IMG/VR virus record: IMGVR_UViG_3300024270_000061
Reading direction: 5' to 3' (one strand)
Origin: a virus
Length of the DNA: 64,000 bases
Positions 47,336 to 56,841 of the stretch are shown piece after piece. A program made the translations under genes and the position numbers. How positions within the stretch are numbered: the stretch's first letter is position 1; each line of letters starts with the position of its first letter. Below the pieces are notes generated by a model. The model ran no database searches, had not been told where the DNA came from, and saw nothing but the letters and a program-made list of their open reading frames with translations.

Positions 47336-48123
47336 GCAGTTATGATGTCAACCACAGGAATTCTAAGTTTCCTGCACCATTTTTTAACTGAGTTGCCCGT
47401 TACGTTATATTTGCGACCAACTGCGCACAGGCTCTTCAGCTGTAAAATATCTTTAATTAGATCGTCTCTGGTAGGAATACATCCATTTTTCATTTGTGCA
47501 ATATGAGAACACTTTATGGAACAATACTTCTGACCTTTGGAGCGACTTTGAAATACTGAAGAACACACTCCGCATACTCTTTTACCGCACTGGATATTGC
47601 TATCGATTGGCCTCAGTTTGTCTTTACTGACCAACTTTCTATATACGGATTGAGTTCTTATCGGGTATTCAATGTCATCCATCACCCAGCTATCGCCTCG
47701 ATTGATCGAACGTACCATACTACCTGAAATGCCAACAATATCGCCAATCTCATCCGTAGAATACGAAGTAGTTTTCAGCATATCGACTATTTTGCTGTAT
47801 AGCTCATTCGTCATAATATTACTGTGGCCATCTTGTCCTCCCGGAGTCGAATTGTAACCATTCGGAACCATGCTGTTGTAATACGAAATCCAGTATCTTT
47901 CCTTTTCATTGAGTTCGGACGTTAAACAGCTTTCTACCACCTCAAACGAGAAATTTTCTATCCCGTATTTTGCAAAGGCCTTATATAGTGGAAGATGCAG
48001 CAATCTTTCTTCATGCGCCGACTTATGATTATTCCATCTTTTTGATATACACCTGGATTGTCCTATGTATATCTTACCGTTAATCCGATTTTGAATCTTA
48101 TAGATCCCAATTTCTTTCGCCAT
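47326..48123 (-). mobile_element. GIY-YIG homing endonuclease gene inside the tRNA cluster
   Basis: GIYKIQNRINGKIYIGQS ... NGYN motifs. Its 3' end overlaps the 5' end of tRNA-Gly by about 10 nt. Confidence 0.8.
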
Positions 48124-48154
48124 TTCGTTATCCTACTCATAATGAATTGCTATT

Positions 48155-48231
48155 TGGTCTGGCTGACAGGATTTGAACCTGCGACCTCGTGATCCCAAAT
48201 CACGCCATCTACCAAACTGATATACAGCCAG
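48155..48231 (-). tRNA. tRNA-Pro (UGG), CCA encoded
   Basis: Anticodon loop TTTGGGA; T arm GGTTCAAATCC. Confidence 0.8.
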
Positions 48232-48237
48232 ATACTG

Positions 48238-48322
48238 TGGTGGGCGGAGGTGGATTTGAACCACCGCATCCAGAGGAGCCTGATTTACAGTCAGGTGCCT
48301 TTGACCGCTCGGCCATCCGCCC
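48238..48322 (-). tRNA. tRNA-Tyr (GUA), class II, CCA encoded
   Basis: Anticodon loop CTGTAAA; long variable arm. Confidence 0.8.
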
Positions 48323-48335
48323 ATGAATTGCGGTG

Positions 48336-49019
48336 TTACCCGCAAATCTTATTTGTTACAAGGTCGAAATCAAAAGAATCTCGATGGCCATCCGTGCTAC
48401 ACAGAGATTCATCACCAGTAATAACACGGACAACTTTATGGTCATCGTTCCATGTTTCAGATTTGAGGAACACCGGGAAAGAATCGAGAATCTTCTTTTC
48501 ACGAAAGCCGCCATTGCGGTCAACGATTTCACAAATACGGCTTGTATGTCGGGATTCAATATACGGGTCAATACGAAGAACGGAAGCGTAACGAATGCTT
48601 CTTTTCTTGTGATGAGAAATCCATTCCCGAATCGATGCCAAGTCCTCATACTTTTCAAAGTAAGAACACTGGAGTTTCTTCTCCATGCCGACTCTTTCAT
48701 AAGCAATGAAGTTGAATCGACCAGGGTAGTTTTCATCCGTAAAAGGATAATGCATCGAACTCTGGATGCAGAAGATATACCCTCTGTACATGAAGGTGAC
48801 ATAATAAGTTGCATAGCCTATATGTGTTTCACCTGTCCTGTGGCACACACTGCTATGCCCTATCATTTCACAGTTCATATGATGGATGACACGCTTTTCA
48901 GGGCAGGTGAGGAGCAAAACTTGAGGATTCTTTTCGAGTTCTCGTATAATGCCGCAAAACTCCAGATCTTTCTGAAGCATTACATCGCTATAAAAGAGCT
49001 GTTTCATGATGTGTTTCAC
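48336..49019 (-). CDS. hypothetical protein (227 aa)
   Basis: ORF; His/Cys-rich segment HHMNCEMIGHSSVCH. Confidence 0.45.
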   Translation of the reverse strand: MKHIMKQLFYSDVMLQKDLEFCGIIRELEKNPQVLLLTCPEKRVIHHMNCEMIGHSSVCHRTGETHIGYATYYVTFMYRGYIFCIQSSMHYPFTDENYPGRFNFIAYERVGMEKKLQCSYFEKYEDLASIREWISHHKKRSIRYASVLRIDPYIESRHTSRICEIVDRNGGFREKKILDSFPVFLKSETWNDDHKVVRVITGDESLCSTDGHRDSFDFDLVTNKICG

Positions 49020-49021
49020 TC

Positions 49022-49408
49022 CTATTCAACCTCAGTCCAACCGTTTCGCTGAATGATGCGTCGCATGTTTCCCGCACCGACTGGGTTCATACTGTGAATC
49101 CTGATGGGATAGTTACGACCAGTTTCTTCGAGCCAGTCAAGGAGCTTGATATAATCTCCCCCATTTACGGCAAAAGTGCCCGCATCATGATCTATGTCAA
49201 TAACTTCGATTTTAAGAAGGTTCTTCAATAATGATAGAGCGTTTGCTCTGTGGAGAGGCGCTTCCGCGAACATTTCTTTGTGTGCATAAATACCACATTT
49301 CGCATATTGAGTTTCTAACTCAATTATTGCTGCCTTTGCAACATTCACGCTTCTGATCCACAAATACCCATCTGGAGCAGGACGAGTATCGTCAATCCAT
49401 AGCTTCAT
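49022..49408 (-). CDS. CheY-like receiver (REC)-like domain protein
   Basis: KLWIDDTRP ... IEVIDIDHD ... GGDYIKLLDW pattern. Confidence 0.4.
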   Translation of the reverse strand: MKLWIDDTRPAPDGYLWIRSVNVAKAAIIELETQYAKCGIYAHKEMFAEAPLHRANALSLLKNLLKIEVIDIDHDAGTFAVNGGDYIKLLDWLEETGRNYPIRIHSMNPVGAGNMRRIIQRNGWTEVE

Positions 49409-49646
49409 CGGCCATCGCAACCCCTCTCGAACACCTTTGAATTAACCCCATCGGAAATCAAAACCCGAGTTCCTTGGGAGAAAAAGCATTTCTGAGAATT
49501 CCATACGGCATCAAGGCTCGTCTCCTTGTCTCCATGCACTTCGTAAGTCGGACACTTGTTTATCAGCGAAACTGTAAACTTCTTTTCTTCGTTTACCATA
49601 CGCATTCTCCTATATAGAATTTCCCTGAAGAGGAGGCGCGGCAACA

Positions 49647-50306
49647 TTAAGTCGCCGCTTCCTCCTCGGAGCTCTGATTTTTAGATTGGATACGGAAGCC
49701 GAAACACACGCCATGCGTGCCGCTCGCGCCGCTGCTGCCGCTGCCGCCACCCGAATGGACAAGGCCGAAGTTCGCCGTGGAGCCGGTACCCGGAGAACGA
49801 AGCCAATAATAACAGTAATCGTTATTATCCACGCCGTATCCCTTTACCCGATTCCGGCGGAGCTTGTAGATGTCCAGCTGAGTATCTTCAGGCTCCATGT
49901 CTTTGATGCGCTGGTTCTTACCGAACATCTGCGTGTAGGACAAGCAAAAGAGCTTGTCTTCGCATTCAATGCGTTCACCATTGATACACTGGACAATAGT
50001 AGTAGGAATAATGACCGCCTGCAGATCGTCGGGAAGGAGCTCGAAAACCTCCTGGGCATACTTGCGCATCTTGCAATCACGCCAACCGCCGCGATTGGTA
50101 TCGCGGTCGTTCATATTGTGAGGTTCTTTCAGACAATCACGGAAAACAATGAACTGTTCTCCCTTTTCATCATGGGCAACTTCGAGATCGACTCGCTCAT
50201 CATTCTTGAGCGTAATCGAAATGACGTCTCCGCTCGCAAGAGAATCGAACTCTACGATGTCCGCCCAAGACACCGTTCTTCCAATCTTGGAAATGACAGA
50301 AACCAT
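49647..50306 (-). CDS. hypothetical protein with a Gly/Ser-rich C-terminus
   Basis: ORF. Confidence 0.45.
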   Translation of the reverse strand: MVSVISKIGRTVSWADIVEFDSLASGDVISITLKNDERVDLEVAHDEKGEQFIVFRDCLKEPHNMNDRDTNRGGWRDCKMRKYAQEVFELLPDDLQAVIIPTTIVQCINGERIECEDKLFCLSYTQMFGKNQRIKDMEPEDTQLDIYKLRRNRVKGYGVDNNDYCYYWLRSPGTGSTANFGLVHSGGGSGSSGASGTHGVCFGFRIQSKNQSSEEEAAT

Positions 50307-50330
50307 TATCCATACCTCCCATTATCAGTA

Positions 50331-50579
50331 TCAGGCGGCAACTACGCGATAGACATCGACAGAACTGGGAATAGCACCGCCAGCGTCATTGACGAGGAAC
50401 ATCTCATCATTGAAATCCAGCGCGGCATACATGACGCCAATGATGGACTTGGCGTTGACTCGATGATCTCCATTGAAGTTTTCAATGGAAAAATCATCAC
50501 TGTGACTACACAGAGCCTGAACCAGACCCATAGCGTCATTTTGATTATTCAGTCGAATATGAGCTCGAATATGAGCCAT
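50331..50579 (-). CDS. HPr-like protein lacking the phospho-acceptor His (82 aa)
   Basis: MAHIRAHIRLNNQNDAMGLVQALCSHS...VNAKSIIGVM...NDAGGAIPS resembles HPr, but GLH(T/A)RP is replaced by GLVQAL. AAAGGAGAG RBS. Confidence 0.5.
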   Translation of the reverse strand: MAHIRAHIRLNNQNDAMGLVQALCSHSDDFSIENFNGDHRVNAKSIIGVMYAALDFNDEMFLVNDAGGAIPSSVDVYRVVAA

Positions 50580-51050
50580 TGAATATCTCTCCTTTATCTG
50601 TATGATGGAAATGCGCATATTTCCATCTTTCTTGTATATTAGCAAAAGTGACAGGGGTGCCAAACAGATGGAAAAATCGCGCTTTTCAGGCATGGTCAGA
50701 ATCAAACAGTTGGATTTTTCGCATCAGAAGGACGGTCATCAGGTTGTTCGATATACTCAAGGTAATCTTGTTCAGATGCAAAGAGGATCATGTTATCCTG
50801 AACTCTTCCCATATATCCATGCTGCGTGAAGTATCCGTAAGGCATGATTGCACCTCCGATTTAGAACCAACTCGGTTCTAAAATTGAGTTCTGACACCTC
50901 GAAAAGCCTTGAAATACGGGACTTTTCAAGATTTGCCCCGTAAGGAAAAATGGTCACATTTCTTGTTCCTTTAGTAGACCATAGAAAGCCGAAGTTACGA
51001 GCTTCTTATAAGATCGTTTATCCAGCTTTCTTATGGCCAGAAGGAGGAAA

Positions 51051-52193
51051 TCACGGGTCGCCACGAAGGTCTGCTCGAATCATTCGGACAAGATTCACCT
51101 CGTACTTCTTGTTCAGATGATCGATGACGTAGGTGATGTAGTCCTTCTCGACCATCTTGTAATACGACTTGAGTCCATTTAGTGCGCAGACATCGTGCAG
51201 ATCCCATTTGATTCCGCGTTTTCTGTCCTGAATGTAATTGGTACACATTGCTTTGAAACGTTTCTTGGCCTGATACCCTACGGTAATCTGGTTATTCCTG
51301 TTCAGCATCAATCCAAGATTCCAGTTACGACCGGAGCTGGAACCGTACCTCGTCTTAGCAGACTTGATCTTGAACGGAGCATTGAATCGTGCAAGGGTCG
51401 CATCGATTTCCTTCACCATTCCCAAAGGGTCAAATTCGTATCTGCTGGAAATCTGAATATCGTCTGCGAAACGGGTATAAATAAAGCCCTTCTTGCGAAG
51501 AGCGTTGAAAAGGGCATGGTCGATGGGGATCATCATCAGGTTTGTCAGCATTGGAGAAATCGGAGTGCCTTGCGGAAGACCTCCATTCAGGAAACATAAG
51601 TCCATCGCTTTGCTGAGCACCTGCTTTCCCTTTTCGTCCTTCATGATTTCGCTGAAAGGAAAGATGATGTCCATCATTCCGAGGATAAACTCGATGGTCG
51701 TACTTCCGAAGAAATCGGAGAAGTCTGTCTTTTCGAACCACTTGCTTTCATTCGCCTGATGTTTCTTCATTGCATCAAGTGTATTGCGATGCTTCACATA
51801 GGCAAAAGCGGACGTGTGATACAACGCAAACATCTTATCTTCGAAGATGGACTTGAGTTCCCTCAGTGCTTCCATCAAAGGTTCATGCGGTGCATTGATC
51901 CAGCGAAGGCCGCCAGACTTCTTGGGAATTGGAAAGGTTTCGTAAAGAGAAGCACGCTTTGCGCCATACAGAGCTTCGTGCTTCTTTACAAACTCCTCTA
52001 AGACACGAATCATCGAAGGAATATCCGACCGGCGAACGACATCCTCATTGACTGTTTCATAGAACCTGGTGACTGTGGCTGAAACATCCTTTGACTCGGG
52101 TGAAATGTTATCGACGTTGACTTCACCCTTCAGGATTTCCTCCAGTGTTATCTGATGGGTTCTGGGAGTTTGCATTATAGTAATGTAAGGCAA
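51051..52193 (-). CDS. compact reverse transcriptase (380 aa), not of the DGR type
   Basis: RT motifs IPKKSGGLRWINAP, SAFAYVKHRNTLDA, GLPQGTPISP, RFADD. TTG start with AGGAGG 9 nt upstream. Confidence 0.85.
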   Translation of the reverse strand: MPYITIMQTPRTHQITLEEILKGEVNVDNISPESKDVSATVTRFYETVNEDVVRRSDIPSMIRVLEEFVKKHEALYGAKRASLYETFPIPKKSGGLRWINAPHEPLMEALRELKSIFEDKMFALYHTSAFAYVKHRNTLDAMKKHQANESKWFEKTDFSDFFGSTTIEFILGMMDIIFPFSEIMKDEKGKQVLSKAMDLCFLNGGLPQGTPISPMLTNLMMIPIDHALFNALRKKGFIYTRFADDIQISSRYEFDPLGMVKEIDATLARFNAPFKIKSAKTRYGSSSGRNWNLGLMLNRNNQITVGYQAKKRFKAMCTNYIQDRKRGIKWDLHDVCALNGLKSYYKMVEKDYITYVIDHLNKKYEVNLVRMIRADLRGDP

Positions 52194-52559
52194 TGCAAAT
52201 ACCTCCTTTACTCTTCATGATCTGCAATCTAACATATGTGGTGTGCCTGCTGCGCCAGCTGCTGAGGAGGTGTCTTCCAGGGACTGGGGAGCTTGGGAAC
52301 TCTGATGCAGGGCGTGCAGGTCTGGGGAGGTCAGGGTTTTGACGTGTCGAGGCGTTCGTTTGCCTGTGAGATCTTGGTTCTGAGATTGTGCGATGAGCCT
52401 CGGGACGTTGTGTGGCGTGAGTGTTCGAGCTGGAGTCGAGCCCTGAAGGCGCCATGGCCACTGGGAGGCAGGCCTCCGTCGTCCTGACCTTTTGTTACGC
52501 CGGATTACACCTCGACGCATTCAATCAAGAGATTGAATTATACATTGCAGATTTAGGTT
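52194..52559 (-). ncRNA. 366-nt GC-rich structured leader / candidate ncRNA upstream of the RT
   Basis: C-rich on the coding strand; no RBS-bearing ORF. Begins (minus sense) with TATAAT and the hairpin TCAATC-tctt-GATTGA inside the conserved element 52478-52538. Paralogous to 40145-40725. Confidence 0.5.
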
Positions 52560-53312
52560 TTACTTCAAGAGCTGATGAAGTTCATCAGTAATCTCTTTTA
52601 CCACTTCTTCAGGCGGAAGAACATAATAGTATCCGTCCAGCGGACTGAATTCAACGGAACACTCGCCATCGAGACGCAGGAAAGGAACGATGTTGCACTC
52701 TGAGGCAGGACAGTGATTAGCGAACCTTCCGCGACGATCTACGGCGCAGAGTCCAGTATTCACCGCAGTTCTGAACAGAAGGTTTACAGGTGTAACAGCA
52801 CCGCGAACGAAAAGAGCCAGCTGTTCGCCCTCGGTCAGATCTTCGCCACCATACAGCTGACTTCTGGACAGCATACTGACTTTGAGCGTTGTCTTGACCT
52901 GTTCCCCATACTTCCGCTTAAATCCGACGGGCACAGAAGTAACGATTTCATGGGGCGTAATCATCTTGCGCTCCCATGCTTCGAACAAACTCAGGAAACC
53001 GGGGCGATTCTTCAGAGTGTTATCAGCCACATCCGTTTCGTGCTGAGGCTTGAACCAGTCATTTTCACTGGCATTCAGGAACTGGCAGATATTCGTCTGA
53101 GGGAAGAAGTTACTTCCGCGTTCACGGCGGTCACGGCTTTCATTCTCAGGCTCCTGGGCATCAGCGCAGAACTTTCCAATGCCATCATTCACATAGAAAT
53201 CGTTCTGCTCAGATGCTTTTCTCCAAAGGAGGTTGATGGGTGTCCGCTCGCCGCTTCGGAGAAACTGACCAAAGACCAGATATTCTCCAACGGGAATTTC
53301 GGAAATCTTCAT
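52560..53312 (-). CDS. hypothetical Cys-containing protein (250 aa)
   Basis: AAGGAGG RBS; C-terminal FANHCPASECNIVPFLRLDGECS; no confident family. Confidence 0.5.
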   Translation of the reverse strand: MKISEIPVGEYLVFGQFLRSGERTPINLLWRKASEQNDFYVNDGIGKFCADAQEPENESRDRRERGSNFFPQTNICQFLNASENDWFKPQHETDVADNTLKNRPGFLSLFEAWERKMITPHEIVTSVPVGFKRKYGEQVKTTLKVSMLSRSQLYGGEDLTEGEQLALFVRGAVTPVNLLFRTAVNTGLCAVDRRGRFANHCPASECNIVPFLRLDGECSVEFSPLDGYYYVLPPEEVVKEITDELHQLLK

Positions 53313-53323
53313 GACTTACCTCC

Positions 53324-53995
53324 TTAAAAAGCGTCGATTGCGTAGCTAAACGCATCGGCCAGGATCAGCTTGCGAAGCGGGCCGCCCTTTGCAAAGTTGA
53401 TAAAGTTGGACACACCCGCCGCTACGATCATTCGAACCGTAGGCGCAACAGACAGGGTGATATTGCAGGCGGAAACCGGAGTCTCCTTCTTGGCTTCCTC
53501 GTGGGAGAATGCCATAGACTTCAGGAAGGCGTCCACCATTTTTTCATCATTCCATGCGGCAGCGTAGTGCTGAGCATCGGTCAGACGCATACGGAAATCG
53601 AACATGCCTTTGATGAAAGGATTGCCAACGCAAGCCTTGGCGATGTCGCGGCGGAGGTCGATATTATCCACACAGAGGAATACATAGCCAGAAAGGCGCT
53701 GGTTGGTATAGCCCTTATGTACCAGAACGAGGTCATCCTTCATTTCCGGATTGATCTTGAGCAGATATTCTGCGACTGCATCAACCTTCATCTTACCAAT
53801 GTCATCCTGCGTGAACATCTGATTGGCGATATTGTGAGCTTCGACCTTATCGAAGTCGTAAAGAGTGATCTTCGTCAGGCCAAAGCGAGCCAGGTTTTCA
53901 GCGACCGTGGAGCCGATAGCTCCACAGCCGATAATATGAATGCGCTCACGGCACATTTCGGGTTTGAAGAATTCATAAGACTTGGAAAGATCCAT
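53324..53995 (-). CDS. ThiF/MoeB/E1-like adenylyltransferase
   Basis: Rossmann IHIIGCGAIGSTVAENLARFGLTKITLYDFDKVEAHN; ATG 53995 preceded by GGGAGG. Confidence 0.7.
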   Translation of the reverse strand: MDLSKSYEFFKPEMCRERIHIIGCGAIGSTVAENLARFGLTKITLYDFDKVEAHNIANQMFTQDDIGKMKVDAVAEYLLKINPEMKDDLVLVHKGYTNQRLSGYVFLCVDNIDLRRDIAKACVGNPFIKGMFDFRMRLTDAQHYAAAWNDEKMVDAFLKSMAFSHEEAKKETPVSACNITLSVAPTVRMIVAAGVSNFINFAKGGPLRKLILADAFSYAIDAF

Positions 53996-54008
53996 GACTA
54001 AACCTCCC

Positions 54009-54281
54009 TTAGTTTTCTTCGTTGATGATGATACCACCTTGGATGATAACGCGCTTGCCGTTGATGTCGAAATATACTTCATCGGTGCTATCGCTAACAT
54101 CAAACTTGCCCGACCATGATTTAATCATGTCTCCGTCGTAGCTATAGACAGAAACGGTACGATTGAGGCCGCCGCCCCAGTTGCTTTCATACGACTTGAC
54201 AGTGCGCTTCCATCCTTCCGTGCAACCGGTAAGGCAAAAGAGCATCACGATCAGGACGGCAACGAGAATGATCTTTTTCAT
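54009..54281 (-). CDS. small lipoprotein
   Basis: Signal peptide MKKIILVAVLIVMLFCLTGC with lipobox LTGC. Confidence 0.6.
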   Translation of the reverse strand: MKKIILVAVLIVMLFCLTGCTEGWKRTVKSYESNWGGGLNRTVSVYSYDGDMIKSWSGKFDVSDSTDEVYFDINGKRVIIQGGIIINEEN

Positions 54282-54300
54282 GTGACTCATTCCCCTTTTC

Positions 54301-55287
54301 TTAAGTGTCAAATCGATGGTCGCCGAAAATTTCCTTATCCCAGTCTACGGAAGCATTGTTGCCGCCAAAGTATCCGGGATAGCCCGCCATGCTCATCTGG
54401 CTGGGTTCGGCACTGGCCTTTTCGGGATTCTTCGGAGGACGCCCCTTCTTACCCTTGGGCTTCTCTTCCCCTTTTTCCTTACCCTTGGGCGTGACATTGC
54501 CTTTCACGGGCTCGATCTTGGCAGGCTGCTTCACAGGCTCGTCATCATCCATATAGGCCAAACGGCTTCCGCCGTAGTTGCCGCCGTAATTACCACCGTA
54601 GCTTCCGCCATAGTTTCCTCCATATGCACTGCCCGGAGTATAGGTCTTGCGAGTGACCACATGGTCGGATTCGGCAATGAAAGATTCGACATCGAATTCA
54701 TCATTGGCAATGCTGACAACGATGTCCTTATCCTCGTACATGACATTGTTGGCGTAATCGTAAATCTTGATGGTGTGATCCAGACGCTTGTTCCAGATCA
54801 TGAAAATGTAGTAGTCATCATCCTTGAGCTGGGCAAGAATCTGCTGCTGGTGGTTGGTGTCAACACCGGAAGGAGAAGTTCCCATGTTGACGTGGGAATG
54901 ACCCTGCATACGCATGGCGTTATAGTAATCGTCATCCAGAGTCATCATCCACTTCTGATACTCTTCCTGGTCAGTGTTGACCGTAGAACCGGTGACGGTC
55001 TGAGGATAGACCACCACATCGGTAATGATGAAGGTATCTTCGTCTTCGCGCTTAACGGTGCCATGCCATGCGACCTCGGAATCGAAATGCTTCAGGAGAG
55101 TCAGCATCTTGACATAGGCCATCGGCGTGAAAACCACATATGCCTTCGTATCATCCTCACCGGTGTAATCAAAGCTCTTGGTAAAGGTAATCTTGCCATC
55201 GGACATCTTCGCATCCGTGACATTCTTGCGGAACTCCTCGACCATATTGTCGATATATTCCTTGGTCAGAAAAATCGGCTTAGACAT
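54301..55287 (-). CDS. JAB/MPN+ (JAMM) metalloprotease-domain protein with a G/Y-rich and K-rich low-complexity tail
   Basis: Exact JAMM spacing HSHVNMGTSPSGVD (HxH-x7-S-x2-D) with an upstream Glu (EVAWHG). GGNYGG repeats and lysine-rich C-terminus. AAGGAGG RBS at ATG 55287. Confidence 0.7.
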   Translation of the reverse strand: MSKPIFLTKEYIDNMVEEFRKNVTDAKMSDGKITFTKSFDYTGEDDTKAYVVFTPMAYVKMLTLLKHFDSEVAWHGTVKREDEDTFIITDVVVYPQTVTGSTVNTDQEEYQKWMMTLDDDYYNAMRMQGHSHVNMGTSPSGVDTNHQQQILAQLKDDDYYIFMIWNKRLDHTIKIYDYANNVMYEDKDIVVSIANDEFDVESFIAESDHVVTRKTYTPGSAYGGNYGGSYGGNYGGNYGGSRLAYMDDDEPVKQPAKIEPVKGNVTPKGKEKGEEKPKGKKGRPPKNPEKASAEPSQMSMAGYPGYFGGNNASVDWDKEIFGDHRFDT

Positions 55288-56743
55288 TTTCTTCCTCCTT
55301 CTTGGCATCCAAGCTGTTGAGATATTCGAGAGCTTCGACAGGAGTCACGTCTCGACCATCGGGCAGTCGGATGATGCGGTGGGTACTGGTAAATACATCG
55401 TTCAGGAAATAGCGGACAGTGTGAGCTTCGGCAAAATTCAAGCTCTTTGCGGAAGCCATGCACTGCTCGATGGCACCTATGAGATTTCCGTCCCGGATCA
55501 TCCTGTTGATGTACGATCTGTAATTACCCAAGCAGGCAAAATGCTGGATATGCGGATTCGGGATATAATCGATGAACTCGTCTCCATACTCGTAGAAACG
55601 ATGGGCCGATGCTTCTCCGCGCAGATCGATAATGTAGTTCGCGCACATCTTAACCTTCAGGATGGGTTCGTCCGAGAAAATGGCATCCAGCATCTTGCGT
55701 CGAACCGCAATATCCTCAAACTGAGGAAGGTAATCGTACCCGGTGTACAAGCAAGAACCGGTTTTGCGAATGTAGGTATTGTATTGTTCGGGGTCGAATA
55801 TTTCGAAGAAGGTTTTGACAGTAAACTCCATCTGACGCCCCCGCACACGAACGGGCATCAGGTTTCGGTTGCAGACAAAATAGTCGATCAGTTCAGATTC
55901 ATCAGATGCAGCTTCGATTGCCATTTCCTGGCCGGCCAGACGGATGTTCAAGTCATCGAGCATGGTCAGATATTCATGATACCTTCTATTCAGATTATCA
56001 ATCTGATTCTGGTAATCAGTGATCTGATCTTTAGTGCGCTGCATTTCTTCACGGCGACCGATCTTATCAAAATCGCCGATAACGTTCTTAATCATGTGCT
56101 CACGGAAATCGATTCGATCCGCCAGCAGGGAGAGAATACGCTCATACTCAGTAGCATTACGGAATGTAAGCGCATCAAGCAGGGAACCTTCCACTTCATC
56201 AAGCGGAATATCGGAGAAAAACCAGGGAAAAAGACGAGGAGTCAGGGACTGGAGGAGATGGAAGTTACAGAGCGTCAGGCCTTCGCACACAATGAAAGTT
56301 TCCTTGTCCTGCTCATTGATGTAAAAGCGGGCATTGAGCTTTCCACGATTCTGTACAAAAACCTGAAGGTCTTTTGCTTCATGGTAATTAGGGAATACCT
56401 TGGTAAAGCCGGATTCAGTGTTATCGTACAGGCTCAGGATGGCGGCATTGTCATTGGACGGGCCTACAAGATAACGAATCGAGAGGGTGTTGGCACCAAA
56501 GGGCACCGGAGAGATGCGCGTAAAAACGCCTGCGAGATTGGTAAAGGTATGCGAACCATATCCATAGGAATCGAAACTGCGAATAGACAGGTTTATGTCC
56601 GCACCGTTGGAGCGTCTATGAAGCAGGGCTCTCAGCGTTGCCAGAAAAGACCTGTCGTCATTAAAGTAATCGCCGTGAATCTTAAAGAATTCATTGGCGA
56701 TACCCCGTACCAACGGAGTCTCTCTGATCTTCTTATTAAACAT
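55280..56743 (-). CDS. hypothetical protein (487 aa)
   Basis: RBS AAGGTGGGTG; no family recognised. Confidence 0.5.
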   Translation of the reverse strand: MFNKKIRETPLVRGIANEFFKIHGDYFNDDRSFLATLRALLHRRSNGADINLSIRSFDSYGYGSHTFTNLAGVFTRISPVPFGANTLSIRYLVGPSNDNAAILSLYDNTESGFTKVFPNYHEAKDLQVFVQNRGKLNARFYINEQDKETFIVCEGLTLCNFHLLQSLTPRLFPWFFSDIPLDEVEGSLLDALTFRNATEYERILSLLADRIDFREHMIKNVIGDFDKIGRREEMQRTKDQITDYQNQIDNLNRRYHEYLTMLDDLNIRLAGQEMAIEAASDESELIDYFVCNRNLMPVRVRGRQMEFTVKTFFEIFDPEQYNTYIRKTGSCLYTGYDYLPQFEDIAVRRKMLDAIFSDEPILKVKMCANYIIDLRGEASAHRFYEYGDEFIDYIPNPHIQHFACLGNYRSYINRMIRDGNLIGAIEQCMASAKSLNFAEAHTVRYFLNDVFTSTHRIIRLPDGRDVTPVEALEYLNSLDAKKEEENV

Positions 56744-56841
56744 ATTGCACCCACCTTAATGTAGCGACTCCCTCCCGACACATCGCCGAGAGGGAGTCTA
56801 AATCTATTTGGGGATATGAAGGAAACCCGGAGAGGGAAGGA

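Noticed and set aside
51051-52193. Diversity-generating retroelement
   Set aside because: RT motif 4 is QGxxxSP rather than the DGR-type IGxxxSQ. No template/variable repeat pair with A-specific differences was found; the only long repeats (77-nt units at 63826) are identical copies.
52123-52520. Minus-strand ORFs of 112 and 101 aa inside the RT leader
   Set aside because: They have no RBS or start context, overlap each other, and show GC-driven absence of stops with Pro/Ser/Arg-rich translations. I treat the region as non-coding. I note that a stop-free template could matter if the RT makes a cDNA.
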